DNA of 63,625 bases, counting the filler, from Sluysia triapertura (lineage: Eukaryota), in the NCBI GenBank assembly GCA_046118255.1. It is 5 parts of 5 records of this genome, joined end to end, with 100 filler letters (N's around TTAATTAATTAA, not from the genome) between each part and the next. Parts side by side here need not be neighbours in the genome. Positions count along the whole stretch, not along the records: positions 11,738 to 23,355 come from JBJNIA010182757.1; positions 23,456 to 36,363 come from JBJNIA010073277.1; 3 more parts are not named here. One strand, 5' to 3'. The number at the start of each line of letters is the position of its first letter. Positions within the stretch are counted from its first letter, which is position 1. Position numbers and translations under genes: made by a program. Shown here piece after piece: positions 13,731-27,390 of the stretch. The notes under the pieces are model-generated. The model saw nothing but the letters and a program-made list of their open reading frames with translations. It searched no databases and was not told the DNA's origin.

Positions 13731-14489
13731 TCGTTTCTTATTCTATATTGGTTAAAGTGATTATGTTTGTTAACTAATTGGAAAATGATTTTTTAGTTTT
13801 TGATTTGTACTATTTTTATTTTATTTGCATATCTATGGAAATTAAGGTATTTGAATGGAGTTTTATTTTAAGTAGTCAAAGTCGATTTTAATAGTCAATT
13901 TAATAGAAAAGTGAGTCGAATGTCACTACAGAATATTTTATGATCTCGGCCACTTAATCTGACAACTAACCATACAAACATGATTTATACAAGAACTTTA
14001 TATATAATATTATATGTTACATACTCATGATAGTTCCATGGTTAGAATGGTTATGCCTTTGACGGTTCTATGTTTATCGCAATTTTCGTACTCTTATATA
14101 CAAAATCTTTTAGCGACAACCATCCGAAGAAACCTCCATTTACAAATAATACCAACCAAATCTTGTAATGATATTGTTGCTAAACATTATTAAATATAGC
14201 TAAATAATAATGGAAAATCTTCAATATATAACTTCAAAATCTTCAACTTATATATTTAAGACGATGATTATATTTTAAGGATAATAAACAATTGCCTTCA
14301 TATCCTTAATATATAATCACAAATCTTAAATGCCTATAAAAGCCACAATATTAGTAAAAATGTATATTAAATGTATACAAATTTAATAATATTAAAAACT
14401 TAAACGGCAAGAAAAGGAAATAACAAATAAATACATTTATTAAAAATCGTTATCAAAATCCGAAAATGATAAAAATTCATCATAAAATT

Positions 14490-17100
14490 AGTCACTAATA
14501 AGAAAATAGTGTCAACTGTTTTTTTCAGCCAGTTCTTGTCATTGTTGTTGGAGAGTACAATTTTCTTTCATTTGATTGGACACAATTGATGGTTTTAACG
14601 CCATTTTTAGGTTAATCTACAGAATAAATAAATAATGAATAAATAAAACATTCATTATATTCTCGGTGACTTATATTGGTGTCTTTTAGAGTCACTCCTT
14701 TAAACTTATTTTATTCAATTGTACTAGATAATAATGACATCATTAGGCTTGAGAAATATCCATTCAATATATTTTATCCTTAAATTTACCTTTTATATCT
14801 TGAAATTTAGTACTACGTAATCATTTCATTTAAAAAAGTGCCTAAATTAATGTTAGTGCATTTTAAAAAGAAACTGTCAGTATCACCATCCATAATTGTA
14901 ATTGTACAATTAAATTACTGCCGATTTTTTATAATTCTTCATATTGCATTTGACACATTCTTAATTTACTTAAATCTAAATTAGTTTGTCCTACATAACT
15001 TGGTCCATCTAAGCAAACTACTCCTTTTTCTAATAAAACTACAATCTAATCGTCAGCAACTTTAATTTAATTTTTAAAAGTGGCTTTATATGTTTACGTA
15101 AATAAGTTTTTTGCAGTGTGTAATTATGTTATTTTGTGTCTTGCCAGAAAGGCAATTACTTTTTAAACATATATAAAATTTTCTGTTTTCTGGAATTTTG
15201 TTGTTGATTTACTACGTTCATTTGAATTGTAATTTTATTATATTTTTTAAAAATAAAATTTTGATTAAATTTAACTGCTGCATGAATTTTTTAAACAATT
15301 CCTCCTAATTTTACATACCATGGTGGGATACGCTAATACACTATTATTAAATTTAGGTTCATTAGTTAATACTAATTTTTTAACTTTTGAATTTTGTGGA
15401 CATTTAAATTCAGAAGCTAAAGATAAGATATCTAACTTATCGTGTACATGAAATGGAATGATCAAGTCAACTTCGAATGATTAACATATTTTATTACTTA
15501 GAGTGTATATGTGTCTGGTAAATTAACATTTATTTAATTTATTTACATCGTAAATCTATTCGAAGCCATAATGCAGTAATGGTTATGATAAAACTCAATC
15601 ATATAAATTATTAACGTTTATGTACAATAAACTAGTATTATTATCTCTTGCTTAAATTTTTTGCCAATTTCGAAAAAAATTAAATACATCAGGATCAGTT
15701 AAAACCAATAACTAAACATCTTTCCATTTAAGTGCTGATGTCAAACTTAAATTTGTGGCTGTTTTCTTAAATTCTTCAAAAATATGAGCCATCGTAGAAT
15801 CAAATAAAGTATCACAATTTAATTTAGAATGCCTTATTATAATCGTCATCACTTATATCATTATTCAACTTTGGTGGTAATGATTTAATATTTTGTAGTA
15901 GACAGAGTAAAGTAACCATATGCTATGGAAAAATACCTTTTGATTTTGTGACGATATTTGAAAATACTTTACTACTTAATGTTAATGCATATGTCGTGCT
16001 AGTTAAATATGATAAACTAATTGGTAAAAATTGAAAAACTTTTTAATGATTTAGTATAAACATATAACTTGAAACCTTTATGAACTTTGTGGTATACATG
16101 TTATTTTCCAATTTATTAATTCACTTAATGCATATTTTAATATAAGATGAATGTATAATGACGGACGAATTTTCTGCCTAAATTACATTTATTATAAGAT
16201 GCACCACTAAAATGGCCATGATATTTAACAAATAACATGATTTTGGATTTTTAAACAGAAAATGTTTTTTAACCAATTGAATTCATTTCTTTTTGATTTT
16301 GGCAATAAGACATAACTATATACTGCATATTTGCCACCAACAAAACTATAGTATTCCGTCTTTGGGCCTACTTATGATAAGACTGCAGTAAATATTTCAT
16401 GTTTTTGTTGATATTGTTCGTCTACTAGGAATATACGTAAATAACAAATGGTGGTGTTACTTATTTTATCACTAAATTCACGTTTAATATCAATTGGCAT
16501 AGTGTAAAAAGTATCTCTGTAAAGATTTATACTTTATAACTTAATAGAATTATTAAATAAGATATCCTCATAAATACTTTAAAGATCACTCACTCCTTAA
16601 TCTTAAAAAGTTCTTCATGTTCACATTAATAAATTTATTTAACTTCTTAATTTCTACGTGATTGAAATAATAATAAATTATTAATTGTTTCACTACTACA
16701 CTTATTTCCACACAAAAGATCGATCAATGGATTTTTAAGAATATCGTCATTATCAAAGATACCGTATACATCAGTATCATTATATAATTATATACATTTA
16801 TCTAAGTTATTTAATCATTCAAATTTTGATATATTAAATATAGTCATGGAGACTGAAAAACCTTCCAATTTCATCCACATATTTAGTGTAATTGCTAAGA
16901 CGAAATTTGTGGCCTTTATATGCAAAAGCAAATTTCAAAATTAATAATATTGAGTATAAATAACAAAAGTTTTCATTATTTTGAATATAAATGACACTAT
17001 GAGCACGTATTAACATATCTAGTTAATATATGACCTACCACTTATAAACATTAAGTCTGAAAATTTTTTAATACAATACCATATAACTATGTGCATACTT
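14490..17100 (-). pseudogene. Protein-primed family B DNA polymerase (Polinton pPolB)
   Basis: In order: SGRSYI / SVIYIQNNENFCYLYSIL; VKYHGHFSG..YNKCNL (endonuclease VII-like insert); KGIFP; LLYINVNNLYD*VLS*PL (motif A, ~15600); HDKLDILSLASE..SKVKKLVLT; MDGDTDSFF (motif C, ~14880); KIVLSNNNDK. Multiple stops and frameshifts. Confidence 0.9.
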
Positions 17101-18479
17101 GTATTTTTTCATTTATTGAAAATGTTGCGAAATTTATAAAATCATTAGATTTATATTATTAGATTTAGATTATACTTAGATTTTAATATTTCCTAATTTT
17201 TCTTAACTTAATTATCATTTCATTTGAAAAAAGTACTGATTTTATATTTGGATAACTTAAATTGTAACTTAAATCACTTTAAATGATGTAAATCACTTTC
17301 TAAATAGATATTTTTAGAAGCCAAAGTCCTCTTACTAAACCTATATATTATTAAACTATTTTTCAACTTTCATTAATTCCATCCCTGTGGCATTATTTAT
17401 ATCTTCATATATATTATCTTCATGTTTATTTGTAAACCTAAAAAGTACTTTAATAAAAATAACAATTACTTTTGTGCATCTTGTTTTAATTTCCATTTTC
17501 AGCCTTGTTCGCCATTTTCCTTTATTTTTGATTTTTGAAATATCTTCTTCTTCGAAGACTATCCAAAAATTAAATTATGTCCATATATTTTTCTGCATGT
17601 ATATCTTTGTCTGTTTCTTTACACTAAAAAACATTAATTACAATAATATTAAAACTTACTTCGAGACATGTAAAATAATTGTGTCCGAAAAATTTATATG
17701 CAGTGATTTCACTGTAATTCTACAAATTAATAATAAATAAAGAATAAACTTACTTGTGATATCTTTTTGAATACGTATACAGTATTCAACATCCAATAAA
17801 TAATAAAATAACTAAAAAATACGTTACTAAAAATGTAGTCTATATTTATCGATGACCTACTGCTTCTTATTGTAAATTGTAAATTATTGATAAAAATTGA
17901 TTTTAAAATTAATTTTATAATGAAAAATAATTATTGAGGTTGGCAAAGTGCGAAACATTTTAAATACGCACAATTATTATTTTGATGACGAAATATACAA
18001 AAGATATTTTTTCGTATAGTTTTAAGTATGTTTGCGTCACATTACACAAACTATTTACAATTCTGGAAATAACTTTCACACGCATATAATTTTCTACACC
18101 AAATACGTAAAATAATGCATGCTAATATCACATTTGAATTTGGTTTCTTATAGGACATACACTCTTCAAATCGTATTATTTTCTTCGTACCGTAATAATT
18201 GATGCACATGTTTCATTTAATTTGTGTTTGTTTTAGTTTTTCGTACAATTAATTCCATTTAATTGATGATAAGTATGTATCATGAATTGGATCAAACTAG
18301 TCTCCACATTCATAGTGCATAATTCTTTAACTAAAAATTTGTTTTCAATATTATCAAAACTATCTATATCAATGAAGGTGAAATTCATTTTATATTTTTT
18401 TCGGCTGACCAAAATTTTATACCAATAAAAAAGACAAATAACACAATAAGATGTATTTAGATAAAATATTTACACACAT

Positions 18480-18720
18480 ATTAATGATGAAACCATAAAA
18501 TACAATTTTCAGCAGTATGTAGTTAGTGTATTTCGAATTTTTTGTCTATTGAAATGTGCAAGTCTACCAATTTGAATAAAAGGATTAACTATTGAATTTG
18601 GATAATAATAACCAAATGCATCAAATGAATCAAGAGATTCAGGTCTTATACAAATTACTTGCATGCGTAATTTCAAAGTAACCACTTTCATCCAAATATG
18701 GTAGAATCTATTTAATATCT
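18480..18720 (-). pseudogene. Adenain-like cysteine protease (Polinton PRO)
   Basis: EITH[fs]QVICIRPESLDSFDAFG...FNRQKIRNTLTTYC matches the HW...FDSFG...Q..S..CG layout of Polinton proteases. Confidence 0.7.
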
Positions 18721-19259
18721 AAATGGGTTCAGTTAAATTCAAGTAAATGCACGTGTGATTACATTTATATCTTTATTCAGTAAAGAAGGATTATCTGCCA
18801 TATATACAATTCATTTACCAAATCTATTTAAACCACATCCTAAACATGCGGATAAATCTTCATTAAAATAACTGCCTTATCTTCATTAAAGTAATTTTTA
18901 AATATATAATCATTTCCATTACAACAACTTGCCACAATTTATTTGGTCCTTCTGTTTTATATTTACGTATTTATATTTATATCCTCGTCTCACGAATTTT
19001 CCAACTGATTTCTCAACAGTGTTGTCATATCTTCCACATTTTTAGCTTATCTACTCTTGTGTAGCCACTGGGTCTTTTGGATCGAACCATATATCCATCG
19101 ACTTTATTTTCTTTTTTGATCTTCCATAAAAACAATCTGATTTTATACTGAAATTCATATTATGTAAAATAAATAATGCTAAATCCATATTTATCATTAA
19201 TATTTAAATATTTTTTTATTCTAGTCCACGACTTATTAGTCCAGCAACAAGTTCGTAAA

Positions 19260-19472
19260 TTACTTGACTTTCGAGTTTAAACTTTTCGCATGTTTTAAAT
19301 CAATAAGTGGATTTTTATATTTCAACAATGGTAGTTTCTTTCTAGATTCATTAATTTTTATTTTACCAACAGTTATTTGCATTAATATATCAACTAAATC
19401 ATCAATTACAAATGATGGGAATGAATTTAAAGTTGTGAGTTTGAGAGATTTTTTATGGTAAACTACGTTCAA
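19260..19472 (-). CDS. Small conserved Polinton basic protein remnant
   Basis: VIDDLVDILMQITVGKIKINESRKKLPLLKYKNPLIDL resembles the small ORF that usually neighbours Polinton ATPases; located just downstream of the ATPase. Confidence 0.5.
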   Translation of the reverse strand: MNVVYHKKSLKLTTLNSFPSFVIDDLVDILMQITVGKIKINESRKKLPLLKYKNPLIDLKHAKSLNSKVK

Positions 19473-19639
19473 ATTTTGTTACAACACTCAAAATTAATTG
19501 TTTAACATCATGTTAGGTTAACATATTAGGTTTAACTACAACTTTTTAAAATTAGTCATAATTAATTAATATCTTTGTTTATAATAAGTACAGTGTTTGT
19601 ATTAAATACATTGTTTATAATAAGTAATACCTTGAGATT

Positions 19640-20086
19640 AAAAATATCAGTAGGTATATGCTTATATAAAAAAGGCATTTATTTGAAATAATTTGGAAAT
19701 GCTTCTCGTGCTAAATAATCTTTTACAATTTGATGTCTAGGATTTTTAAATATCACTAAATAATGTACATTTAAATTTTGAGTACGATGATTATATTTTA
19801 CGTCCTAAAAATTACAGTCGCTTCTCGATGCCTAGCTATTTTAGTTAGTAAATTATTAAAATCATTAGTCATTAATATCACAAGTTCTTGTCAAAACTAT
19901 TAATTATTTTAATACTTTTTAATTTACGAAATTCGTTTTGAGTTAATCATACTTCTTCACACCCACCTTGTTGCTAATACATTTTATTAAATTTATTTTT
20001 AAACTTAATAATTTACATATGAAATATATTTTTCCACTACCACCTTGGCCTACAATTTGCTACCTTGTATTATTATTTAAATCCAT
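19640..20086 (-). pseudogene. A32/FtsK-like DNA packaging ATPase (Polinton ATP)
   Basis: Walker A IVGQGGSGK (~20031-20057), LLTKIARHREATVIF, HRTQNLNVHYLVIFKNPRHQ..DYLAREAFP. Confidence 0.85.
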
Positions 20087-20318
20087 TTTTAAATTTAACA
20101 TACAATAAATTAAAATAAACAAATACATAAAATACTTTTACTAATTAATATTTACATTTTATTCTTTATATTTTTCTAGTTATTCTTTGAGAGCTTTCTT
20201 CATTTCACTGCTTTCCAAATTCTCATACCATAAAAGTAATTCGGGAGATATGTATGGAGATATTCTATGCATGATTAAATAATTAATGATCAAGTAGTAT
20301 CAGAAATTTCTTTGAATA

Positions 20319-20615
20319 TTAATAATGTGACATATTTGTAGATATAATACTGGGAAACTTTTGTAGATTTATATCGTGTTTCTTAATATTCCTATTAAGG
20401 TTTACTGTACCATCAAGGTTATTTGTAATGATTTCGGAAAAACCTGAACTAAAACTAAAATGAAATCTTTTTACATTTGAAGGAAAACAAAATACTAAAT
20501 ATTTTATATTTAATGGATCTATTAAAATACATCTAAGTTGTAAGAATATATTAATTCCACCAAAATTTGAACTAATTTCTTGTGAAGACAGTATCTGAAA
20601 AGCTTCATTTTTCAT
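20319..20615 (-). CDS. Polinton accessory ORF remnant, unknown function
   Basis: 98-aa ORF co-oriented with and immediately upstream of the ATPase. Confidence 0.35.
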   Translation of the reverse strand: MKNEAFQILSSQEISSNFGGINIFLQLRCILIDPLNIKYLVFCFPSNVKRFHFSFSSGFSEIITNNLDGTVNLNRNIKKHDINLQKFPSIISTNMSHY

Positions 20616-23261
20616 TTTTCATTAAGAATAACACCGGTATTCTTAAGTAAAGAGACCATTTATTATTATTATTTGTTGTATTCTATGTCTTCAATAATAT
20701 CTTTTAATAATTTATCTAATTCAGGTTTAATTTTGTCCCTAATCGAATGTATATTGTCTTGAGTTTTAACAAAATATTTCCACTGATTCATTAACCTAAA
20801 TCTTACAAACATGTTGTCAATAAATTTTCTATTTTTCATATTCAGATATTTTTGAATATTTTACTAGCTTCAACATTCTCACCATAAAATGTATTATCCA
20901 TTTCATCGAAGTTCCCTTAAATGACGCTCATTATACATATTTAACTTCACATTCAACTGTTAAATTCACTTACACAATTTTCACAAATATCAATAATACC
21001 CCAAAAATTTAATTATAGTTCACCAATTCATGTTTAAACAAAATTTAAATAACTAACCTTATCTGTTAGAATAGAAACAATAAGTATGATTCGACATTTA
21101 TTTAATATTTTTTATTTTGGTACAAGAATTACTTTTGGTGTAGTCAATGTACAACGTAGACTCATAAATATTCTATAATTGGACTAATACAGATTATAAT
21201 ATGCATGTTAAATCAATTAATCTCAATTATTAAATTACGCATAATTTGAAATAATCGAAAAAATAATTAATTCTGTTACATATAATTAAAAAATAAAAAT
21301 TATTCGTTGTCCGAGACTTAATGTTAGAAAATGTTAAAACGTTTGAATTCTATATATAATGAAGCAAATGAAAACGGTATTTTCCCTAAGTTATTTTTTC
21401 GTTATAAGATTAAACTAACGAAAAGCGAAAAGTAGTCTTTATCTTAATTAGTTTTTCATTTTGCTAACACTTGAAAGTTTTAGTAACATTCCACAATGTG
21501 TACGAATTCGATTTCAAAAATTCAATTTAAAATAAATGAAATTAATAAATATGGAATAATTGTTATTCTAAATTTGTTTATAATTTTCATAGTTAAAAAT
21601 GATATAATTATTGTCAAGACAAAGACATAAAATGTACCTTAATAATATTTAGAATAATATAAAAAATAATACTTATAAAAATAGAATTTTAATACATCTG
21701 CGTTACAAAAAAATTCTGGCGTTGTTAAAGTATCTGAAGTTACATCGCCGTGTTCAGAAAATAATTCACATGCTAAATTAAATTGATATTTCACAGCAAT
21801 CAGATGGTTAGTTATTTGTCTTCAATATGTTTCTTTAAGGAACTTTATTAATAAACAATTAGGAGCAACACTAAAACGATATGGCGAATGGTTCACAAAC
21901 AATTACTTTAAGCATCATTAAACGGTCTGTATATTTATCATTGAAACATTTTCCAAAATGCATGCTATTGTCCATTTCAACTACTAAATCAAACACATCT
22001 TTTAGCATTGCACTTCTTGGCCTGAAATGATTATTTTTCATCAAAAATAAAAATATTTACACAGACATAAAAGCGCTATCTTTTTTATCTTTATTTAATT
22101 TGAGAATATTTTATTAAATTATTATTATTTATTAGCTATAAATTTAGAATTATGGGATGAAGCAGACACAGGTATATGATGGAGTAAAATAGGAGATTCT
22201 GACAGTTTTAACATTCTTTTAGTGTTTTCATCAGATTCGTATATTTATTGCTAGCAATAAGAGAATTATTTAAAGTTCGTTCTAATTTTTTTCTATTTGC
22301 AGTGCTTTTCATGTCCAGCAGGACTCATGAATTTAAAATACTTTTATATCTCATCTTCTTTTTAAAGCAAAATCTATCAAAACTTGCTTCTATATAATCA
22401 ATATGATTTAGTAAATTTGTTTTTAAACACTTTTTGAAACTTATGCAATCAGTAATCTAACATGCATCAACCAATGAGATATTATGCTTTTATCCGAGTC
22501 AGAAGTTGTCAATGTTGCATCATCACGCAAAACATAAATGACATTCTTAGACCATTTAGCAGACATTGTAGCACCTAATTCTTGAACACTGTAGCTAATG
22601 TTAAACTAATATCATCATTACCACTTCTAAACTCTGTAACATCAACATTAAATTTATTAATACTCATTTTTGTATAAACGCATTGATTGTCATTTTGAGA
22701 TTGAGTTTCAGTATTTCGATTGCTTAATTTATATTACGTGATTTACATCTTCATTATCGACTCTAAAGTTTCATAATTATCTACGTTTAAACACTGATCA
22801 GAATTTTGATTACTAACAATTAGAACAATTACTAACAAAGAATTCAGCACCAGAAGATTCCATAATTGGAATAAAAAATGTAAAATTAATCAATATAGAA
22901 TTTTATTGTCGTATTAAAATTAAATATAGAGAATTTTTAGTAACAAAATTTTGCATTAGCAATGCTGAAATATTTTCTAACATTCAATTTAAAAAAGAAA
23001 TTGTTATAAAAATAAAATTTACAATAATAAAAATAAAATAATCCTGAATAATTTTTCCAATAATATTAAAAATAATTTTTAGAACGGTTATTTTGAAGTA
23101 ATTGCTAGCGATAATAAGAATTGTGGAAACGGTAACTAGAATATGATAAAATGAAAACGTATTGAATATTTCGTGAGTGAGTGAAAGGTTTATAGCGTAA
23201 TAGTGGATGTTTGTTTATGATATAATAAAATTTGTCGGTAATGGTTTGGGCCACCACCACT

Positions 23262-23297
23262 ATTATTATTATTATTACATTATTATTATTATTATTA

Positions 23298-23355
<58 letters not shown>

Positions 23356-23455
23356 NNNNNNNNNNNNNNNNNNNNNNNNNNNNNNNNNNNNNNNNNNNNT
23401 TAATTAATTAANNNNNNNNNNNNNNNNNNNNNNNNNNNNNNNNNNNNNNNNNNNN
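23262..23455. repeat. (ATT)n microsatellite and 100-bp assembly gap
   Basis: Direct; N run 23356-23455 with linker. Confidence 0.95.
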
Positions 23456-23599
23456 ATAATAGCGGTAGTTCATGATAATTATGTGCGATGATTATGTTTG
23501 TTTTTTGAATGAGTTTAGTAGTTTGTTTAATATTCTGTGTATATGTGAAGTGTTTTTATGTAATGAAGTGTGATGAATTCCCTACAACTTATTCAATCC

Positions 23600-24870
23600 T
23601 AAGTGCACTAGCTGGCAACACTTACTGGGTGCTGAATATTGAAAAAAATTGGGTCCTCATCATAATCAACAAAGAGAATAATTTCTACTGCATTGTTGTT
23701 CTCAATACTTCTTTACGTCACCTCTATCTGTTACGTGACGCGGTGGTCAACCTTTCAAAGTTTATAAAAATCCCTTTCATAATATTACAAAATCATATAC
23801 ACCCTCAAAATCTACAATTTATATTCAAGAAATCAATATCAAACTAAACACACATATTGTACATAAAACCACACCCTGTAACATTTTAACATTCTCATAT
23901 ATCTTCTACATTCATCAAAACAATTCATCCGCTAACGTTAATTTATATCCACAGTCTCATAACATATTAACCACAATAACATTCTAAATCACCAAATTAT
24001 CTAAAGTATTTTATCCTTCACTTTAAACAATTCAATCACATTCACATTCGTAATCAATCACCAAATACTTTCAAAATAAATTTAAACACCATAAACCTAC
24101 ATATTGTACTATTTAATCTTAATAATCAAACACCATCATCACACACTTTAACGTCTACATTATTCTAAGTGTTTAGTTAGAATTACCTATATCTTAATAA
24201 CATTTCAGATAAAAGCATTATCCCAGTTAAAATATCAGAATCAATCGTGCAAAGTTACCTAATGCAGCACAAGCACCTGAAATCATCAAAAAATGCTTCA
24301 TCACTACACATCCATAAGGCTGAAAGTTCTTTTCGCTCTTACAACGTACATACGTTGAGAAAGATGAAAAATAAAAGAAAAGATTACGAAAGAACTAAAA
24401 CAATAATTTAAGCTTCATTAATAATAATAATAACATTCATTATCATTATTATTGTCAACATTTGAATTTTAATTAAACTAATATTAGGTTTTAAGCTTCT
24501 ACTTTACACTGGTTTTGACTTTAATATGTTAAGAAAGATAAAGAATCAAAACAAGATTGTGTAAAGAAATTAATTTTCAAGAAGTTTATATATTTTTAGT
24601 AATTAATAATAATTATAATACCTCATCATTATTATTTCAATATAATTAAAATAAAATTTCAATATACGCAGTTCTAATCAAGTGAGTTACTGCCATCATC
24701 AACAGCGACATTTTTGCTTTACAACTGTAATTTTATGTCACTGTTGATGATGGTAATCATCACAGTTGATTTCTATCGTCGCATATGGTTAATAGATTAT
24801 TGATTGTCCAACCAAATCAGTAGTCGGGTTTAAAAATCTAAAAATAATTATGGTTGGACAACCAATAGTG
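23600..24870 (+). mobile_element. Penelope-like remnant with double hairpin (copy 2)
   Basis: RGGQPFKVYK motif (~23740) in a C/A-skewed tract; inverted repeats at 24692-24754 and 24797-24869 homologous to copy 1. Confidence 0.45.
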
Positions 24871-25859
24871 ATAAAAAATTTTACGAAAATTTCATAATAA
24901 TAATTTCACAATTAGTGAAACAAAAAGAAAAAGAAAAATTGAATCCTTTTAAAAATCACAAAATCCTAGGACGACCTTAAAGTTAAAAGTCATAACAACG
25001 ATGACGATCTTAAAGTTAAAAGAAATGATAACGATGATTATAAATATATTAGTTTTAAAGTTAAAATTTATGTTAACAGTGATGATTAATACCAAGACGA
25101 CGGTCACAACTACCCCAACCATGTCGAAGATTATAATGATTATGGTGAACAGGATAAAGACAATGATTATGATGACAACAAAGAGTAATTATATCAAAAG
25201 TTTTCTTAAACAATACAACGATTATGATCACAACTTCACATAATATGCTGACGAAGAAGATTATAAAATCCAACATAACTATGATGATCTCTATAAAACA
25301 ATTCTACAAAACGGATTTTTCTGCCATATTCTGCTGATGATCAAGGATGTTGTCCGATGAATGGCGTAAAGTGCCGATATGCGCACAAGGTAAACGATTC
25401 CGAAATCGACTGTACTACCGCTCATTCCAGAGGATGACATGTAAGTTCCAGAGTATTGAGTCATGGCTAACTACACGTGTTCAAAACAATCTCGTAACTA
25501 AGATTAACAAAGTAGTAATAATGAAAGTAATTAACATCTTTCATTATAATAATAATAATAATAATTATGATTTATTTCCAGGTAACGACAAACGGAATCA
25601 ATCCAACGGCCTTTGCAGAATAAGACATTTAACTATTAACATTTTAGTTTTAAAATTTTGTAGTAGATATTTAAGTGTTTATGATTATTTTTTATGGTGT
25701 CTTAAATCAAAACTTTTGTTTAATTTTTTAATCCTAACAAAATTTAAATTAGAGTTCAACAGATTTCACCGTTTAAATAAATATCTAACAAATTTACATT
25801 TAAGATCAATCCTAAATCTGATTCAAAAACCTAACATAATAATAACATTACCAAACTTC

Positions 25860-27390
25860 AAAAATGTCATGGTTGCATACACTGTTCCTCTAGCGTACCC
25901 TAGTAAGCAGAATTTTGTACATAAGATTATTCCTTACCTGACACAAACTAGTCCTATCGATTGCGGTCCATTTATTTGTAACATTGCTTTGCAATATAAA
26001 CGCAATCCAGACATTATAATGTTTTCCCAACCCTGTATTGATGCCACAAGAGAAATACTCTGTAACGTATATCCCTCGGGACACTTCCTTTGCCCTCTGT
26101 TCAATAAAATCCTATCCGTTGAGAAACTGCCGCGCACTTGGAAATCCTTTACTACTCATCTTTTAATTATACCTAACAGCCCATTACAGTATCCGATGTG
26201 ACATATAGTCTTCACAAAAATCCTTAATGCCCGTCTTCTCTCCTGGGTACATGCCGGCAACCTTCTGATGGTTGCACCGATCATAACCTTTTTGTTACTC
26301 AAATTCATCCATTGGCGCAATCTTAATATCAACACACAAACCCTGTGCAGTCCTCATGCCAGACAACCATGGAACCTTCCCCGATCTGATGAAAAGGGCA
26401 ACAATCTCTTCAAGGGCTTCTTAGGCGTAAAGAATTTCCCTTTAACAATGCCTTCTTCTTTGCGCACAAAAATGGGTTTAGGCCTGACCTCTTCCAACGA
26501 CGACTACATATGCCAGAATATAGTCTGCGCTTTCTGACTTTTAAATAGTTGTAACCTTTCCTTTCATGAAATTGTCCGAGTTGCTATTGGTTGAATATGG
26601 GTAAATCTGATAGGCACACACGACTCCAAACTTGGTGGATCAAAATTCGGCGGTCTTGCCTCAATCTACAGCGTAAATATCGAATTTCTATCTCTTTGCT
26701 TCATTCTGAGGACTAAATTAAGTGCGACATCTTTGATGAAATCCTAAGTCATATTAAATCAGTTTCATAAAGAGAAAGTGGTGAAATATTTCCAATAGAA
26801 GCATTTGGAAATCCCTCAAAATCAAGGGTCATTTTGTGGACTGCCATTTCCTTACAACTAAACAATCAGATTTTGATCGTGAAACGACTGCCCATGTCTT
26901 ATGTCTGTGCCCTCATACTGTTATTGGTCGTACAGTGAGTCATAATAATAAGATGATAATAAGAAAGATTACGGAAGACCCGACATTCAGGTACTAATTC
27001 GACCCAACTCTTTCTATCGATGACTGTAACAAATTTAGGGCGACCAGGTCTCTTAATATTGCTAAGCACTCTGATGTTAGGGAGAAACTCCAATCGGAAC
27101 TTAAATTTCAGGTTTCCCTTGATACCTTTGGAACACTCGATTCGTAGGATCCCGAAAATGACATTCTCTTAAAAAGGTTAAGTTTCCGTAAAGCTGATAT
27201 CATTAAGTTGGCACACTAGTGATCAAGCTGTCATTGGAGCCATCCTTAACATTCTCTCCAGTCCTTTTTATACACACAATCCATCTCTTTTATAAACACG
27301 TACTTTTCTGGGACGTCCTATTTGTAAGCTTTCCCGGATATCTTACCAAGTGATGGTTATTCGAAACTGATTATTCTTATTAAACAATCT
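25860..27390 (+). mobile_element. Internally deleted RLE-type non-LTR retrotransposon (NeSL/R5-like) with Ulp1 protease
   Basis: QTSPIDCGPFIC (C48 catalytic Cys); RT start LFNKILSVEKLPRTWK..PITVSDVT..FTKILNARL, DGCTDHN; thumb GLGL..DDY; CCHC region ETTAHVLCLC..SHN; REL RRPDIQ. Central RT is missing. Confidence 0.8.

Larger units (their letters stand above)
14000..23261 (-). mobile_element. Decayed Polinton/Maverick (endogenous polintovirus)
   Basis: Co-oriented remnants of protein-primed PolB, adenain-like protease, small conserved basic protein and A32-like packaging ATPase. Candidate terminus AGTGGTGGTGG at 23261-23251. Left boundary approximate. Confidence 0.85.

Noticed and set aside
23207-23407. 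Poly-Y/I/L ORFs (also 11492-11689, 52052-52444, 37851-38337)
   Set aside because: Translations of (ATT)n and AT-rich low-complexity DNA.
25330-25365. CTGATGA hammerhead-like core (also rc at ~34452 and ~50863)
   Set aside because: No stem II closed by GAAA and no stems I/III could be formed.
25347-25860. N-terminal part of the 284-aa ORF as a real protein
   Set aside because: Low-complexity AT-rich chance extension; only the C-terminal part carries Ulp1/RT motifs.
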